This document shows, in pieces, positions 39,252-52,632 of a stretch of DNA of 64,000 nucleotides. The notes beneath the pieces are model-generated. The model had not been told where the DNA came from. It saw only the letters and a list, made by a program, of their open reading frames with translations, and ran no database searches. The stretch is taken from NCBI GenBank assembly GCA_964016885.1, contig OZ024758.1, positions 32,302,001-32,366,000 of the forward strand, given 5' to 3'. The translations under genes and the position numbers were made by a program. Every line of letters begins with the position of its first letter. The first letter of the stretch is position 1. The DNA comes from Eledone cirrhosa. Taxonomy: Eukaryota.

Positions 39252-42200
39252 TATCTTGACATCGTGGCTTTATCTGAGACGAGGTTAGCTGGAGATGGTC
39301 ATCTTACGGAATTTTGTGGAGAATATACATTCTTCTGGAAAGGAAGAGATGAAGGAACCAGAAGAGAGGCTGGGGTAGGATTTGCTGTTAAGACTGTACT
39401 TGCCAATAAATTAGAAGAATTCCCAGTAGGGATTAGTGAGCATCTTATGTCCATGAGAGTTCCGCTGGACAGAGGAAGATATGCTACCCTGGTGAGTGTG
39501 TATGCTCCAACTATGAATTCTGTCGATGAAGAAAAACTGTCCTTTTACCATGCCTTGAAAGGTGTTCTAAGAAATATCCTTCAGGCAGACAAAGTCATCG
39601 TGCTTGGTGACTTTAATGCTAGAGTGGGTAGGGATTTTAACACATGGAATGTAATCGGAAGGTATGGGGTGGGAAAGTGTAACAACAATGGTATGCTCCT
39701 GCTGCAGATGTGTGAGGAGCTGGATCTGTGTGTTACCAACACCATGTTCCAACAAAAGAACAAATTCAAGACCACATGGATGCATCCTGCATCTAAGGAA
39801 TGGCATGTTTTGGACTACGTCCTAGTCAGGATGCGTAACAGACAGGATGTGCAGTGTGTTCGTGTTCTTCGTGTAGCTGAGTGCTGGACAGACTACCGCC
39901 TGGTACGCGCAAAAGTGAAACTAATCACTAAACGTAAAATCTGGGCTCCTGGTGTTGCCCTGCCCAAAAGATTGAATGCTGCTCGTCTTAAGGATAAAAA
40001 TGTGAAGAGGACATTGGAAGAAGAGATGCAGGCTGCAGATCTTGGTGAGGATTGGCCGACCCTTAAAAAGTCGGTTTATGATGTAGGCAGGCGTGTTCTG
40101 GGATTGGTGCAGAGAAAACATCAGGACTGGTTTAATGAGAATGATGTACATATAGAAGACTTGTTGGCTGATAAGAGGCGTGCTCTGTCACGCTACTTGA
40201 CGGCAAAACCACAGGAGAGGAATACGTTGCATGAGGAACTCAGGGATGTAAAATCACGTGTTAGGCGGAGTCTTTCTCAGATGAAGGATCAGTGGTGGAG
40301 TGAGAAGGCTGGTGAGATACAAACTGCGTCTGATTCCAATAACACAAAGCTGTTGTACAGTCTCTTGCGTGATGTTTATGGACAGTCTTCTTCTCTGGTG
40401 ACACCGCTTCGCAGCAAGGATGGCTAAGAACTTCTTCGTGACTAACAAGGAATTCTATGAAGGTGGCGAGAGCACTTTGATGATCTTTTGAATCAGCCGT
40501 CTGTCGTCAGTGAAGATTTCCTCAATCACATTCCAGAAAGTCCTGTGAAAGTAGCTCTCGCAGAACCTCCGACGCTTGTGGAGGTTGCAGTGGCTATTTC
40601 GAAGCTGAACAGTGGAAGATCTCCAGTATGGATGGCATACATGCTGAGCTCCTACAATATGGTGGTGAGAGACTCCTGCAACATCTGCACTCTTTGTTTG
40701 GAAGGATATGGGCTAATGAATCCGTACCTGAGGACTGGAGAGATGCAGTAATGGTGGTCTTGTACAAGGGAAAGGGTAACAGGAATGATTGTGGGAACTA
40801 CAGAGGTATATCATTGCTTTCTGTCGTAGGGAAAGTTTTATGTAGGGTGCTTCTGGACCGTCTGCTGACACACATTGCAGATTGTGTTCTTCCTGAAAGT
40901 CAATCTGGTTTTCGTGCTGGACACGGCACTACTGATATGATCTTCTCAGCTAGACAGCTCCAGGAGAAGTGCATTGAACAAGGCTTGGATCTGTATCAGG
41001 TTTTTGTCGATCTGACAAAGGCTTTCGATACTGTCAACAGAGAGGCATTATGGAAGGTTCTCCAGATAAGTTCCTTGCTTTAGTTAGGTCTTTCCATGAC
41101 GACATGAAGGCTTGGGTTAATGTCGGGGGTAACATGTCGGAGCCTATCTCAGTAAAAAATGGAGTGAAACAGGGGGATATTCCAGCACCGACCCTGTTTG
41201 CCATATACTTTGCAATGGTTTTCTGTATTGCATTCAGGAATTGCGAGCATGGTGTTTACATCCGATATCGAACCTCAGGCAGCATATTTAACATCAGGCG
41301 CTTTGCTGCGAAGACAAAAGTATTTACATCAATCATAAGAGACCTCTTGTATGCAGATGATTGCGATCTTGTAGCGCACACAGAGAGTGATATGCAGCAC
41401 ATTTTGAATGCATTTTCTGATGCTTGCACTGCCCTGGGTTTGACTGTCAGTCTCAAGAAAACCGTCGTCATGTACCAACCTGCCCCTAGTAAGCAGTACA
41501 CTGAACCAAATATCTATGTGTATGGCAAACGACTTGGAGTGGTTGATCAGTTTGTCTACCTGGGAAGCACTGTCAATCGATACGGCAACCTTGACAGTGA
41601 AATCTCACTTAGGATTAGGAAAGCAAGTGATGCTTTCGGAAAGCTAGAAAGGCGACTCTGGGGTCGGCGAGACATATGCAGGAGGACAAAGATAAAGGTG
41701 TACAGGGCATGTGTACTCTCTTGTCTTCTTTATGCCTGCGAGACGTGGGTCACATATCGACACCACCTGGAGGGACCACATCAGTGATGTCGAGATTTTG
41801 GAAAGCTCTATGTGTGACAGTATAGAAGCTCTTGTGCTTAAGCAACGACTCCGTTGGAGTGGACACCTTGCCAGGATGAAGGATTCTAGAATACCAAAAC
41901 AACTCTTCTATGGAGAGTTGGTTAAAGGAAAATGACCGCCACATAAACCAAAACAGAGGTATAAGGATTCCTTGAAAGCCTCTCTGAAAGACGCTAACAT
42001 CTCTGCTGATACATGGGAAAATATTGCTGCTGATCGTAATAAATGGAGAAAGACTGTATATGAGGGAAAAGTTGCCTTTGAGGCATCTCGAATCGCACAC
42101 GAGAAAGTAAAGCGGGATGTGAGGAAGGGCATTGCTGTTGCACTTCCAGACGGCGAGGGTCCTCCTATGGTGCTGACATACAGCGTCTGTGCGAGACTCT

Positions 42201-42483
42201 GCCTAAGCAAAGCTGGACTCGAAAGTCATCTTCGCAGTCATAAAGTAAGACCAGTGGTTGACTACCAGGCTGCTGTTGGAGATGCTACTCATCATGCTTG
42301 CCAAACATGTGGTAGAGAATGTAAATCAGCAGGAGGGCTCAAGCGACATGCAAAAGTACACGAACTCCAACCACAGCCGACTATTCCCAGTGAATGTTTT
42401 GGTTGCCGACTCTGTGCAAGACATTGTAGATCATTGGCTGGGCTAAAAAGCCACATTCGATCGCAGCACTGTTAGTTGTTATC

Positions 42484-42515
<32 letters not shown>

Positions 42516-42582
42516 GCTTATGTGCGTGCGTGTGTGTGTATATGTATATTATTATTGTTGTTGTCGTTATTATTATTATTGC

Positions 42583-42613
<31 letters not shown>

Positions 42614-42830
42614 GTTATTAATGTATGTGTGTGTGTGTATGTGTGTGTGTGTGTCTGTATATATATGTATGTATGTATATATATATATATATATTTCTTT
42701 TTTTTTTTTTTAAATTTATTTATTATTATTATTATATTTATTATTATTTTTTTTTATTTTATTTTTTTTTTTATTTATTTTTTTTTTTTCTTCTCGTGCA
42801 ATGCCCATACTCGATAACGAGGGGGCAGCC

Positions 42831-42832
<2 letters not shown>
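39252..42832 (+). mobile_element. Near full-length RTE-BovB-like LINE pseudogene (APE, RT, three C2H2 zinc fingers)
   Basis: DIVALSETR, LGDFNAR, FVDLTKAFD, GVKQGDIPAP, LLYADD, then three C2H2-type motifs at 42180-42470. Several stops and frameshifts; microsatellite-rich 3' UTR ending GCAGCCAT(TA)n. Confidence 0.93.
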
Positions 42833-42866
<34 letters not shown>

Positions 42867-43668
42867 TATATACCTCCAGAAATAGCCATTGAAACGGCTT
42901 GAGTTCTGCTGTCGGGGTCAAACATTTACCTATTACCCATTCTACTACCCTAAGTATTGAGTACTCTGGTGCGTTATGATCCATCTGATTCCTTACCACA
43001 CATCCTTTGTTATATATATATATACATACATACATGATGGCTGCCCCCTCGTTATAGAGTATGGCCATTGCACAATATACTATTATTAATAATTATTAAT
43101 TAATTCTATCGTGCAATACCTGTGTGTGAAAATCTTTTTTAAAGTGAGGAAAGACTGTGCACTGAGCCAATCCCACTCTCTGAGAGACAGTAGCTATAAC
43201 CCGAAAAGAAGAAAAGATCAACATCACCGGTAACTACTGAGCTGCAGGTTTTATATCGGAGTTATCCCAGTTTCCTGAGTTGCCTTCTAGAAGAATGCCC
43301 TGACAAAGGCTAGGGGTCCTTCACTCCCAGTGGTTTAACCGCGCGATCGGGTGTCCAGCCCGACTATTTCTATGTCCCTGCGCATATACATACACATGTA
43401 TATACACATATACATACATATGTACATGTGTATATACATATTTACACACTTTTGGATGGCAGTTGACTCTTATGAGTTCTTCTGCCCTTTGTCAGGTTTT
43501 GTTTTTTGTTCTGCAGTGTGTCCAAAATCACCCTCCTCACTAAGTAAACTTGGTGGGGTTGCCAGTTTAGTCGTCGATGACCCGACCATGCGACAGGTTG
43601 TATTGGGTTACATGTTACCAGTAGCACTCAAGAGTGACCCAACATATATACATATATATACATACATA

Positions 43669-43708
<40 letters not shown>

Positions 43709-43727
43709 CATATACATACATACATAC

Positions 43728-43776
<49 letters not shown>

Positions 43777-44165
43777 CATATATAGGTTGAGTGGTTTGAG
43801 AATTGGATTCACAATCTTGAGGTTATAAGTTCGATTCCTGGACCGGGCGATGCGTTATGTCCTTCAGCAAGACTCTTTATTTCACGTTGCTCCTTCTACC
43901 TGGAGTTGCGACCGATAGTACTAGCAACTGGAACGACTGACAAAAACATTGTTTAGTCGATCCGATTTGACGAAAGTCGATCGATATATACATACATATA
44001 TATATATACATACATATATATATAACCAAAAGTTTATATGGTTCGTTGATTATTCAACAAATTCAATTTTACAATAGATTAGAAGCACTCGACAGAAATT
44101 TATCTGGAGTATCTATAATATTCAAAATATTAATAAATTAGAAATATTATCATAACCAAAGTATA

Positions 44166-44228
44166 TATTTTATTATACATATTTCAAAGGTACAATGGTG
44201 TTTCAGTACGTTTTCATCAGATAAAATA
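44166..44228 (-). ncRNA. Type I hammerhead motif (left arm of inverted repeat 44022-44481)
   Basis: Minus strand: TATTTTAT-CTGATGA-AAACGTAC...GTACCTTT-GAAA-TATGTA-TA^ATAAAATA. Confidence 0.78.
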
Positions 44229-44366
44229 TATAAGAGATTGGTTATATGACATATCCCTAAGGTCTTGAATCTTCAATTCCTGTATTGGCAGTTTACCACT
44301 GTAATACCAATACAGGAATTGAAGATTCAAGACCTTAGGGATATGTCGTATAACCAATCTCTTATA

Positions 44367-44429
44367 TATTTTATCTGATGAAAACGTACTAAAACACCAT
44401 TGTACCTTTGAAATATGTATAATAAAATA
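44367..44429 (+). ncRNA. Type I hammerhead motif (right arm)
   Basis: TATTTTAT-CTGATGA(44375)-AAACGTAC...GTACCTTT-GAAA(44410)-TATGTA-TA^ATAAAATA. Confidence 0.78.
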
Positions 44430-44612
44430 TATACTTTGGTTATGATAATATTTCTCATTTATTAGTATTTTGAATAATATTATATATACACACACACAGT
44501 ATACAAAAGTCACCAAATTTATTTCAGAGATCTCTGGCCATGACCCACCCACTCAATAAGATAATAACACAATTAGTTAGTGAGTATGATGGCAGTGTTT
44601 TAGTAATGATAC

Positions 44613-44644
<32 letters not shown>

Positions 44645-45274
44645 AATGAATGTATGTATGTACCGATGAGCCTTTGATTCAAGAGTTGGGCCTGATCGAT
44701 TCAGATCGAACTTTGAGCTGATCAATTGTTAAATGCGCATCACACCTCAAAAAATGTAATTAAATTTCAACACAAGAGCAAGAATGACGAGGTCATTCAA
44801 CTGATATGGCTTACGAATCAAATATTATTATTAATATTAAAAATACTCAGATTTACATTTCTTGTATTCAACCATGTAGAGTGATAAAACTATTTGTTAG
44901 TTACCTTTTATTATTATTATATGTATATATGGTTTATTTCAGATAGAAATTACTTGTAGAAGACTAGAACTTGTTTCATTTGATTGTAATCATCAAGATG
45001 GTATGTGTGTGTGTGGGCGGGAGGGGGTTGTCTCTCTATGTGTGTGTATTATGAGTATGTGAGTGAATGTAATTATTTGATCATTTATATTTATGTAAGA
45101 TGAAAAAGTACAGTATAAAGATTGAGTAACATCTAGCTTTCCAGATTAATAGACTAACTTATTAATTTACTTAACTTGTACTTTAAATATTGATGAAAGG
45201 CAAAATAAAAAAAAATGTAAAAAAAAAAGAGGTAGGTTCTGAGCTAATGATTGTGGGAGATGTGAGATACTTAC

Positions 45275-45310
45275 AAAGATGCACCCAGGCTGGATATACT
45301 GGACTTGCGC
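45275..45310 (-). CDS. 36-nt microexon B of the SLC4 gene (RKSSISSLGAS), paralogue of microexon A
   Basis: Minus strand reads tctgtatttag|GCGCAAGTCCAGTATATCCAGCCTGGGTGCATCTTT|gtaagt. Same length, phase and peptide pattern as 28275-28310. Confidence 0.7.
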
Positions 45311-46069
45311 CTAAATACAGATTAATGCAATGAAGCAAGGATTGAATGATCAAAGGAATGAAAAAAAAAGTAAATATGGAAAAAGCATGAATATTGAGAA
45401 GAAAGGCAAAACAACGATGAACATCACAAAAATGTATGAAATGAGTAGAGTTGTTATTACAACCACTTATAGTTTATTATGGAAAGTAGTTGGTTGTTAG
45501 GTCGGATAGTATAATATTTGTGCTCAGCTCAAGTATAAAGCAAGCCTATCTTTTGAGAGATATTAATATATCTGTGAAAGTTAGAAGGTAAAATAGCTCT
45601 TATTGATTTCTTGATATTGAGATATTGAACCCTCAAACAAAAATACACATATATATATATATATACATACACACACACACACACACATATATATATACAT
45701 ACACACACATACATACATACATATATACATAGCCGAAGTTCTAATGACTGAGAATTCGCTGCCTACACACACATATATGTGTGTGTGTATACATACATAA
45801 CCAACGTTCTAATGACTCTGCTAATTCACTGCCTATATGTACATATATATATATATATATATATAATAATATTATTTATAGTTATATATACACTATATAC
45901 AACTATAAACAGGAAAGATCAGTAATTTATTACTACCTTATTGCTGTAATCTTTGTCACATCCATTCCACTCTGTAAATACGAAACTGTTGATGACAACA
46001 TTAATATCCATGTATCTCTATGATTGTTCAGTTGAATAGGAAGTTAATTATATGTCCAAACTTTGCTAG

Positions 46070-46116
46070 TGCTCCGATGATTCCAAACAAAAGTTTGGAA
46101 GAAACGATTGTCAGCA
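46070..46116 (+). ncRNA. Type I hammerhead motif, U4C variant
   Basis: TGCT-CCGATGA-TTCCAAAC AAAA GTTTGGAA-GAAA-CGATTG-TC^AGCA; perfect 8-bp stem II and a GUC site. Confidence 0.8.
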
Positions 46117-47294
46117 ATAAAATGATTTGAACATAGTTTTGATTATTGTGTAATTTATATATATATATATATGTGTGTATGTGTATATACATATATATAC
46201 ATGCACACTATAACCTACCCTTAAGATGATTTGGGGGAAAAAGATGATTGTATATGTGGATTCAGGTATGCAAGAATGTATGTGTAAAAAATAATTTATG
46301 CAATACATAGGCAAATAGACAAGCAGATTTATATTCAATGAATACATAAATGAATGGATAAATATATATATTAGGGGTTACATTAATTATTTACAAGAAA
46401 CTGAATATTAGAGATGTAATTAAAGAAGGTTTCTTAATCTTATTTGTGATATTTATTAGATATTGCTTTCAAGTCATGCATACACAAAAAAATTGTCCAG
46501 ACATGGTATTCAAATAGATTCGGTTTGAGAAAATAGTAATTCTTTACAGTTATGCAAATACAAATTATAAGCTTGTGCTCAATATGCCAGGAATATTTGC
46601 ACAATTTATGTTAACTATTTCATGACTGCATTTCTAACGAAATACACTCTATTTTAATTATATAATTAATAGAAGAATTTTAAGGGATTAACTAAAATCA
46701 TTAATTATTTCATTACTAAGATAGTAACTTAATGTAAGGTTCTTATATAACATTATATTGGAAGATTTTAAATTAAATTGGAAATGTTTAAAATGGGTGG
46801 TATTATTTCATAGAACCAGAGCTGGTGTTGGCAGGGTTGGTAACTAAAGACGTAGTGTTTGAAAATGTTTAAAAGGAACAATATATTTTGGGACACATTA
46901 GAATGCATAGTTTTAAATATATGAGAAAACACAGGGGGATGCAGTCAATATATGTATGAACAATGGTGTGGATTTAAAAATGCAAAATATCAATATATCA
47001 ACTCCTAAGTCGTAGCAAACACAATCTTGAACCAATCATGCAAGATGCAGCCATTTAAAAACTAACTAAACTAACACTTAACTGTTGTTCCTCTTGGATG
47101 TATTCATAAATATATGAGGCAATGCATGATATCATTTTTTAAACCTAGATTAGTTTGTTTGGCTTCCACAATTTACAATGCATTCATAAGTAATATTAAA
47201 ATTAAAAAAGACTGATAGATCAAGAGGTTTATAATTATTTTTCTTAAACATCTGTAGAGTAGATACTGAAGGAAAATATACTGCAAATTATATA

Positions 47295-47399
<105 letters not shown>

Positions 47400-48660
47400 T
47401 CATCACCGTTTTACGTCCGTTCTTCCACGCTAGCATGGGTTAGACGGGTTGTCCTGTTGTAGGTAGTATCCGGTCGGCTGACCTTGTCTTGCTCATACGG
47501 GAACTGATTCTGGCTTGATTTCTACAGCTGGATGCCTTTCCTAACACCAACCTCATTTACAGTGAGTGCTGGGTGCTTTTTTGCCGTGGTACCTCCACGA
47601 ACACTTTGCAGTAGAATGATAGGGACCCCAGTCCTATCATCTCATTTCTACAGCTGAGTAAACTGGAGCAATGTGAAATAAAGTGTCTTGCTCAAGGAAA
47701 CAACACTTCACCTGGTCCGAGACTTTTTTTTTTATTTCACAGTAGTATTTTTGAGGAATGTTATATAAATCATAGTTAAGCCTATATTTAAAACTAATTC
47801 TACGTTATTTATTTTCAGCACATACCCCCTTATATACACATGTAAACATTTATATACTGACATCCAAAGAAGAACTTCATCATCATCGTCATCATTTTAA
47901 TGCCTGCTTTCCCTGTTAGCAAGGGTTGGATAGTTTCCACACAGACCAAGTCAGTACAGAAGCAAGTGCCACAAATCTGCATCTCGCTTATGTACAGTCT
48001 CAGGTTCTACTGAGTGCACAGGAGAGGTTGTCATGTCTTTGACATAACTGAAGGATCCTCCCAATCCTTTGTGAGCTACAGGACTAAGAAGGGCATCCAG
48101 CTGTAGAAAACCAGCTAGAAACAATCCTATATGAGCGAGACATGGTCACCTGACACAACTTGCCTCTAAATGGGACAAACCCGTCTAACCCATGTTAGTG
48201 TGGAAGATGGATATTTAATGATGATGATGATGATTCAGTTAATTATTGGTGGTGGTACCAATATGAGCACTCAATATATATATACTGCTGGTCACACAGG
48301 GATTCTGTGTTTAGGTATGAGAGATACAGCTCTTGAAACAGTACAAAGACTAATAATTGTTTCTACTTTTGGCACAAGGTCAGCGATTATCCCAGTGCAT
48401 TACTGGTACTTTATTTCATGGACTCCGTAAGGACGAAAGGCAAAGTTAACCTCGGCAGGATTTGAACTCAGACCATAAAGGGCCGTAACTCTTTGCTGCA
48501 AAGCATGGCGTCCGACTCTCTACCGAGACTGCCAATCCACCTAATAATGTTGCACCCTGTGAAATAAATTTATGAATTGTTGAAATGGCTGCAGATCAGC
48601 CGTTGGGGTCCTGAATTTTTCCTATATATGTATATACATATATATATATGTATAGATAAA

Positions 48661-49403
48661 TGTAACAGAATTCTTCTATGTTTTACCTGGTGGAGATTCA
48701 AAATCGAATCTAAAAGTTTTCGCCTCTAAAACCACCTATTTTATAGATATTCTTACCAGTGTCCTATCAAAAGACAACTATGATAAATGCATATACCACT
48801 TGACCTGTGACCCCAGACACTCGACAGATGATAGACACATGGCCACTATTGTCTCAAAAACCATATACACATCCTTCTAGCTATAGTATTCTTATAAATA
48901 CAATTGCTTCGAGAACCGAACGAGAGATAGTGATTAACTCAGATGACAGAAGAACAGTTCTATTAACGCTATAGATTCTCTTCTCGAAATCAGTCTTCCA
49001 CCTACTATCCTCTCACCATTCTTACCCGCTGAACAGATTGACCGCTGCTACAGAAATCATGTATGCTAAGGATTAACACCCACACAATAGGTTTCCTTAT
49101 ATTGTTCCCTTCTACACTTTATTTATCCTTTCGACTTCCTGTCATTTCTCTACTACTGTAAAATACAACACAACTTCTACTGTATTGTTTTATTTGATAC
49201 ATGCATTCACGCTAGCTCGAAGTATCTAGTAAGACAATTAGTGTAGTGATAATTACTTTCACGATTTTCTTACTCAATATTCGATGTACCAACAAGTGAA
49301 TTTTATTATAAAATAAACGTTGTCAACATCACAATTCTTGCATCATACTTTTTATCATTCATCCTGCAAAGAATACATTTATTCGGTACATAATGGTGAC
49401 CCC
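48661..49403 (+). mobile_element. Probable Gypsy-type LTR followed by a primer-binding site
   Basis: TGT(48661)...TACA(49390), then TAA and TGGTGACCCC; internal TATAAATA and AATAAA. No second LTR is present to confirm. Confidence 0.5.
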
Positions 49404-49559
49404 TATCACTACACACACACACATATATATATATATGATGTCATTAAAAGTCTGATGCTCTACTGACTGAGCTATGCAGGCTAACTATATATATATATAT
49501 ATAGGAGTAATAATATATATATATATATAGGAGTAATAACACAACAGTTAGTTCACCAT

Positions 49560-49602
49560 TCCAAGAACAATTGTTTCACCTTATGTGGATCTTCAGCTCA
49601 GA
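49560..49602 (-). ncRNA. Canonical minimal type I hammerhead motif
   Basis: Minus strand: TCTGAG-CTGAAGA-TCC ACATAA GGT-GAAA-CAATTG-TT^CTTGGA. Confidence 0.72.
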
Positions 49603-49853
49603 CTCTCTCTCTCTATATATATATGAATGTACGTATTGTATATTTATTTAAAAACATTTTGAAGGCTTTCTGCTATGAATAAAGGTAGTGGCTAACATCA
49701 CATACCTAGCTTGTTTTTGCTGAAGGTATGTGACTATAGTCACTACCTTAAATTCATAGCCAAAGACCTTCAAAATGTTTTGAAATAAACATACAGTATA
49801 TTTTTAAATATACAATATGCGCATTCATATAAACATCACTATTTCAGACACCA

Positions 49854-49887
<34 letters not shown>

Positions 49888-50309
49888 GTGTATATTATAA
49901 AGTAAAATGACAGGAAGCCAAATATGTTGAAACACTTTGCCCCACATTTGAGTGGCCAGGTTTTATCTTTGCTTGTTTCCTTAAAGTTAACCATCATTCC
50001 ATTGTTATGCATCTATTACACAATTTAGACCTGAAATGTGCATAGTGTTTGCAGAAATAAATAATTAAGGAAATTCGACATATTTGGCCTCCCGTCATTT
50101 TAATTTATAATACATTTGACTCCATTCCCACACCACCAACATGATTCAACATCAAAGATGGATGAGTTGCATAATGTTGAGTGCTTTTCTAATATTACGT
50201 CATGATTACCATTGCAGAATGACTACTTCTAACCAGTGGTAAACCACCTAATTTAAATGTGTATATGTATATATATATGTATATATATATGTATAAATAT
50301 ATACATATG

Positions 50310-51060
50310 TACTTAGCATGTAGGGAGGCTGAGAGTAGGAGGTTTGCCAATGTTCTGCGACGGGAAGATCGGAGACGTGCGGTGTTCCACATTGCAAGGC
50401 AGTGTGTCAATGCAAATCAGTATGTTGTTGGAGATAAATGTGTCCAGAATGATGCCGGTGTACTTAGTGTCACGAATGATCAGAAAAAGGAGGCCTGAAA
50501 ATGTCATTATGAGAGACTGATGAATGTGGAGAACGAATGGGAGAGAGAGAAATTACCCTTGGTAGATCCGACAGAGGGACCAGCTATTGAGATTGACAAA
50601 TATAGGGTCCAAGAGGCGATTAAGGAAATGAAAAATGGTAAGGCTGCTGGACCATCGGGGATAGTTGCTGAGATGCTGAAGGCATCAGGGGATGTAGGCA
50701 CTAAACTGGTTGCATACATCATCAATCAGCGTATATATGGCGGTGTCATATCCAAAGACTGGTGCAGCAGTATTCTCATAAATTGCTACAAAGGTAAAGG
50801 GGATGCTCTGAAGTGGAGCAATTATAGGGGTATAAAACTGATGGATCAGGTTATGAAAGTGGCAGAAAGGATATTAGCACAACTAATTAGAAGAAAGGGT
50901 CAAACTAGATGAGATGCAGTTTAGTTTTGTGCCTGGGAAAAGTACAACAGATGCCCTCTTCTTGGTGAGACAATTACAAGAGAGGTTCTTAGAGAAGAAT
51001 AAGCCACTATACTTAGCTTTTGTTGACCTAGTCAGTAAAGTCAGGGTAGGAATGGAGTTT
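50310..51060 (+). mobile_element. RTE LINE internal fragment
   Basis: KAAGPSGIVAEMLK, YKGKGDAL, NYRGIKL, YLAFVDL; related to 24620-25340. Confidence 0.85.
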
Positions 51061-52520
51061 AGTATATATATATATATATACAAAAAGCGGTTTATAAAAT
51101 TTAAATCTAAATTTAATTCCAAAGAGAACAAACCAGAACTTTTTTTCTCTGAGAGTTCCTTATACACTGGAGAAGAGCATTTGAAGCCCCAAAATATTAG
51201 GACGAAAATAGATGTTGATGATGAATACATAAACACAGTGATGCTCAAAATTATTTTTTTCTAATTGTGTGTGTGTAAGTTATATCAATACTCCTGTCTT
51301 CTTTTGTCATTATTTAATGACAAGTAATATGGTTCGAAAATGTTTTCCTAACTTATGAGAAGAATTAAATTGGAGGGTTCTATGTGAGTTATGAAATAAT
51401 CAGTAGCAGAAATACTCTCTGCTGAGCAAACTTAACTCTTTAGTATTTACATTATTCTATATTTACTATTGTATTTTTGTCGTAAAGGCTTTACCTCACA
51501 GAATTATCTCATATAATATTGAAACTATGAGATTTTGATATTATTTATTTTGAAAACAATACCTTAACATCAGTATGAACGGCCAGTTACAGCCAATTTG
51601 AACAGAAAGAGATGAGAGAGTTCTGGCTAGATAAGGCATGTTTAAATGCTAAAGGGTTAATGTATTATATCCCCACACTATTCTGAATAAGTGCTTCATT
51701 AATCAGTGGATTGGTTTGTAAACATCTCAATCAATATTCCTTAGGCATTTAAGAAAATTGAAGAAAAAATTCAAAAAGAGAAATCAAAAGCATTGGTGAC
51801 AAAATGGATTACACAGACTGACAATAGACAATCTCCACACATTTGATATTTTAGAATTTATTAAATTCAATGCAAATTTGTGGATCAGTCTGTTGTGTTC
51901 TTTAAGTTTTATTGATTTATTTTAACGATCGGCAAGATCTTATATTATTCGCTTACCGGATGAGGTGGAACTTGTCAAATTGGACCAAGGAAACAATGTT
52001 TCCATTGGTCTTTCCATTGCTGATACTATATACCAGTCACAATTCCTAGCAGAAAGAGCAGCATGAAATAAAGTGTCTTGTTCAAGGACATAACACATCA
52101 CTCAGTCCGGGAATGAAACTCACAACCTCACGGTTGTGAATCCAATTCTCTAAGTACAAAGGCACGTGCATTCATTTTTAATGATACGAGTATCAAATCA
52201 TCAACATCATCATCCTCCTCATTTAACATTCATTCTCCCTGCAAGTGTTGGATGGGTCATTACAGACCAAGTCAGTAATCAAACTGAGATACTGACCACT
52301 GGGTAAGCAACAACCAAATATGAATGAATTCCTAACTGGTACAACACACTGGAATGTAACAATGTTGCTAATTAGAGTTTGGTTTTTATATTTGTTAACA
52401 TATTGGAGAAAATATACACAAAAATATAATTGTTTTTACAAACAACTTGTAAAACTAATCTATGTAAGAACAACTGAGAGATAAATAAGAAAATTAACCC
52501 TTAAACATTTACATTATTCT

Positions 52521-52632
52521 GCCATATCACGCTGAAAACACCGGTTCTCGTCCGATCACCGAAGTTAAGCAACGTCGAGCCTAGTTAGTACTTAGATGGG
52601 TGACCGCTTGGGAACCCTAGGTGCCGTAAGCG
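52521..52632 (+). rRNA. 5S rRNA-derived copy (missing ~7 nt at the 5' end), retroposed as the head of a chimeric SINE
   Basis: GCCATATCACGCTGAAAACACCGGTTCTCGTCCGATCACCGAAGTTAAGC...AGTACTTAGATGGGTGACCGCTTGGGAACCCTAGGTGCCGTAAGC matches the metazoan 5S consensus. Confidence 0.9.

Noticed and set aside
43440-43643. Minus-strand structured segment resembling a LINE 5' UTR; tested by eye for an HDV-like or twister fold
   Set aside because: Could not assign P1/P3/L3 or the twister consensus; a covariance-model search would be needed.
44655-45000. CCGATGAGCC (44663) and minus-strand TTGATGA...GAAAC (~44965-44997) partial hammerhead cores
   Set aside because: The first lacks GAAA and the second lacks stem I pairing.
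28275-45275. The two microexons are exactly 17,000 bp apart
   Set aside because: Treated as coincidence; the flanks show no duplication register.
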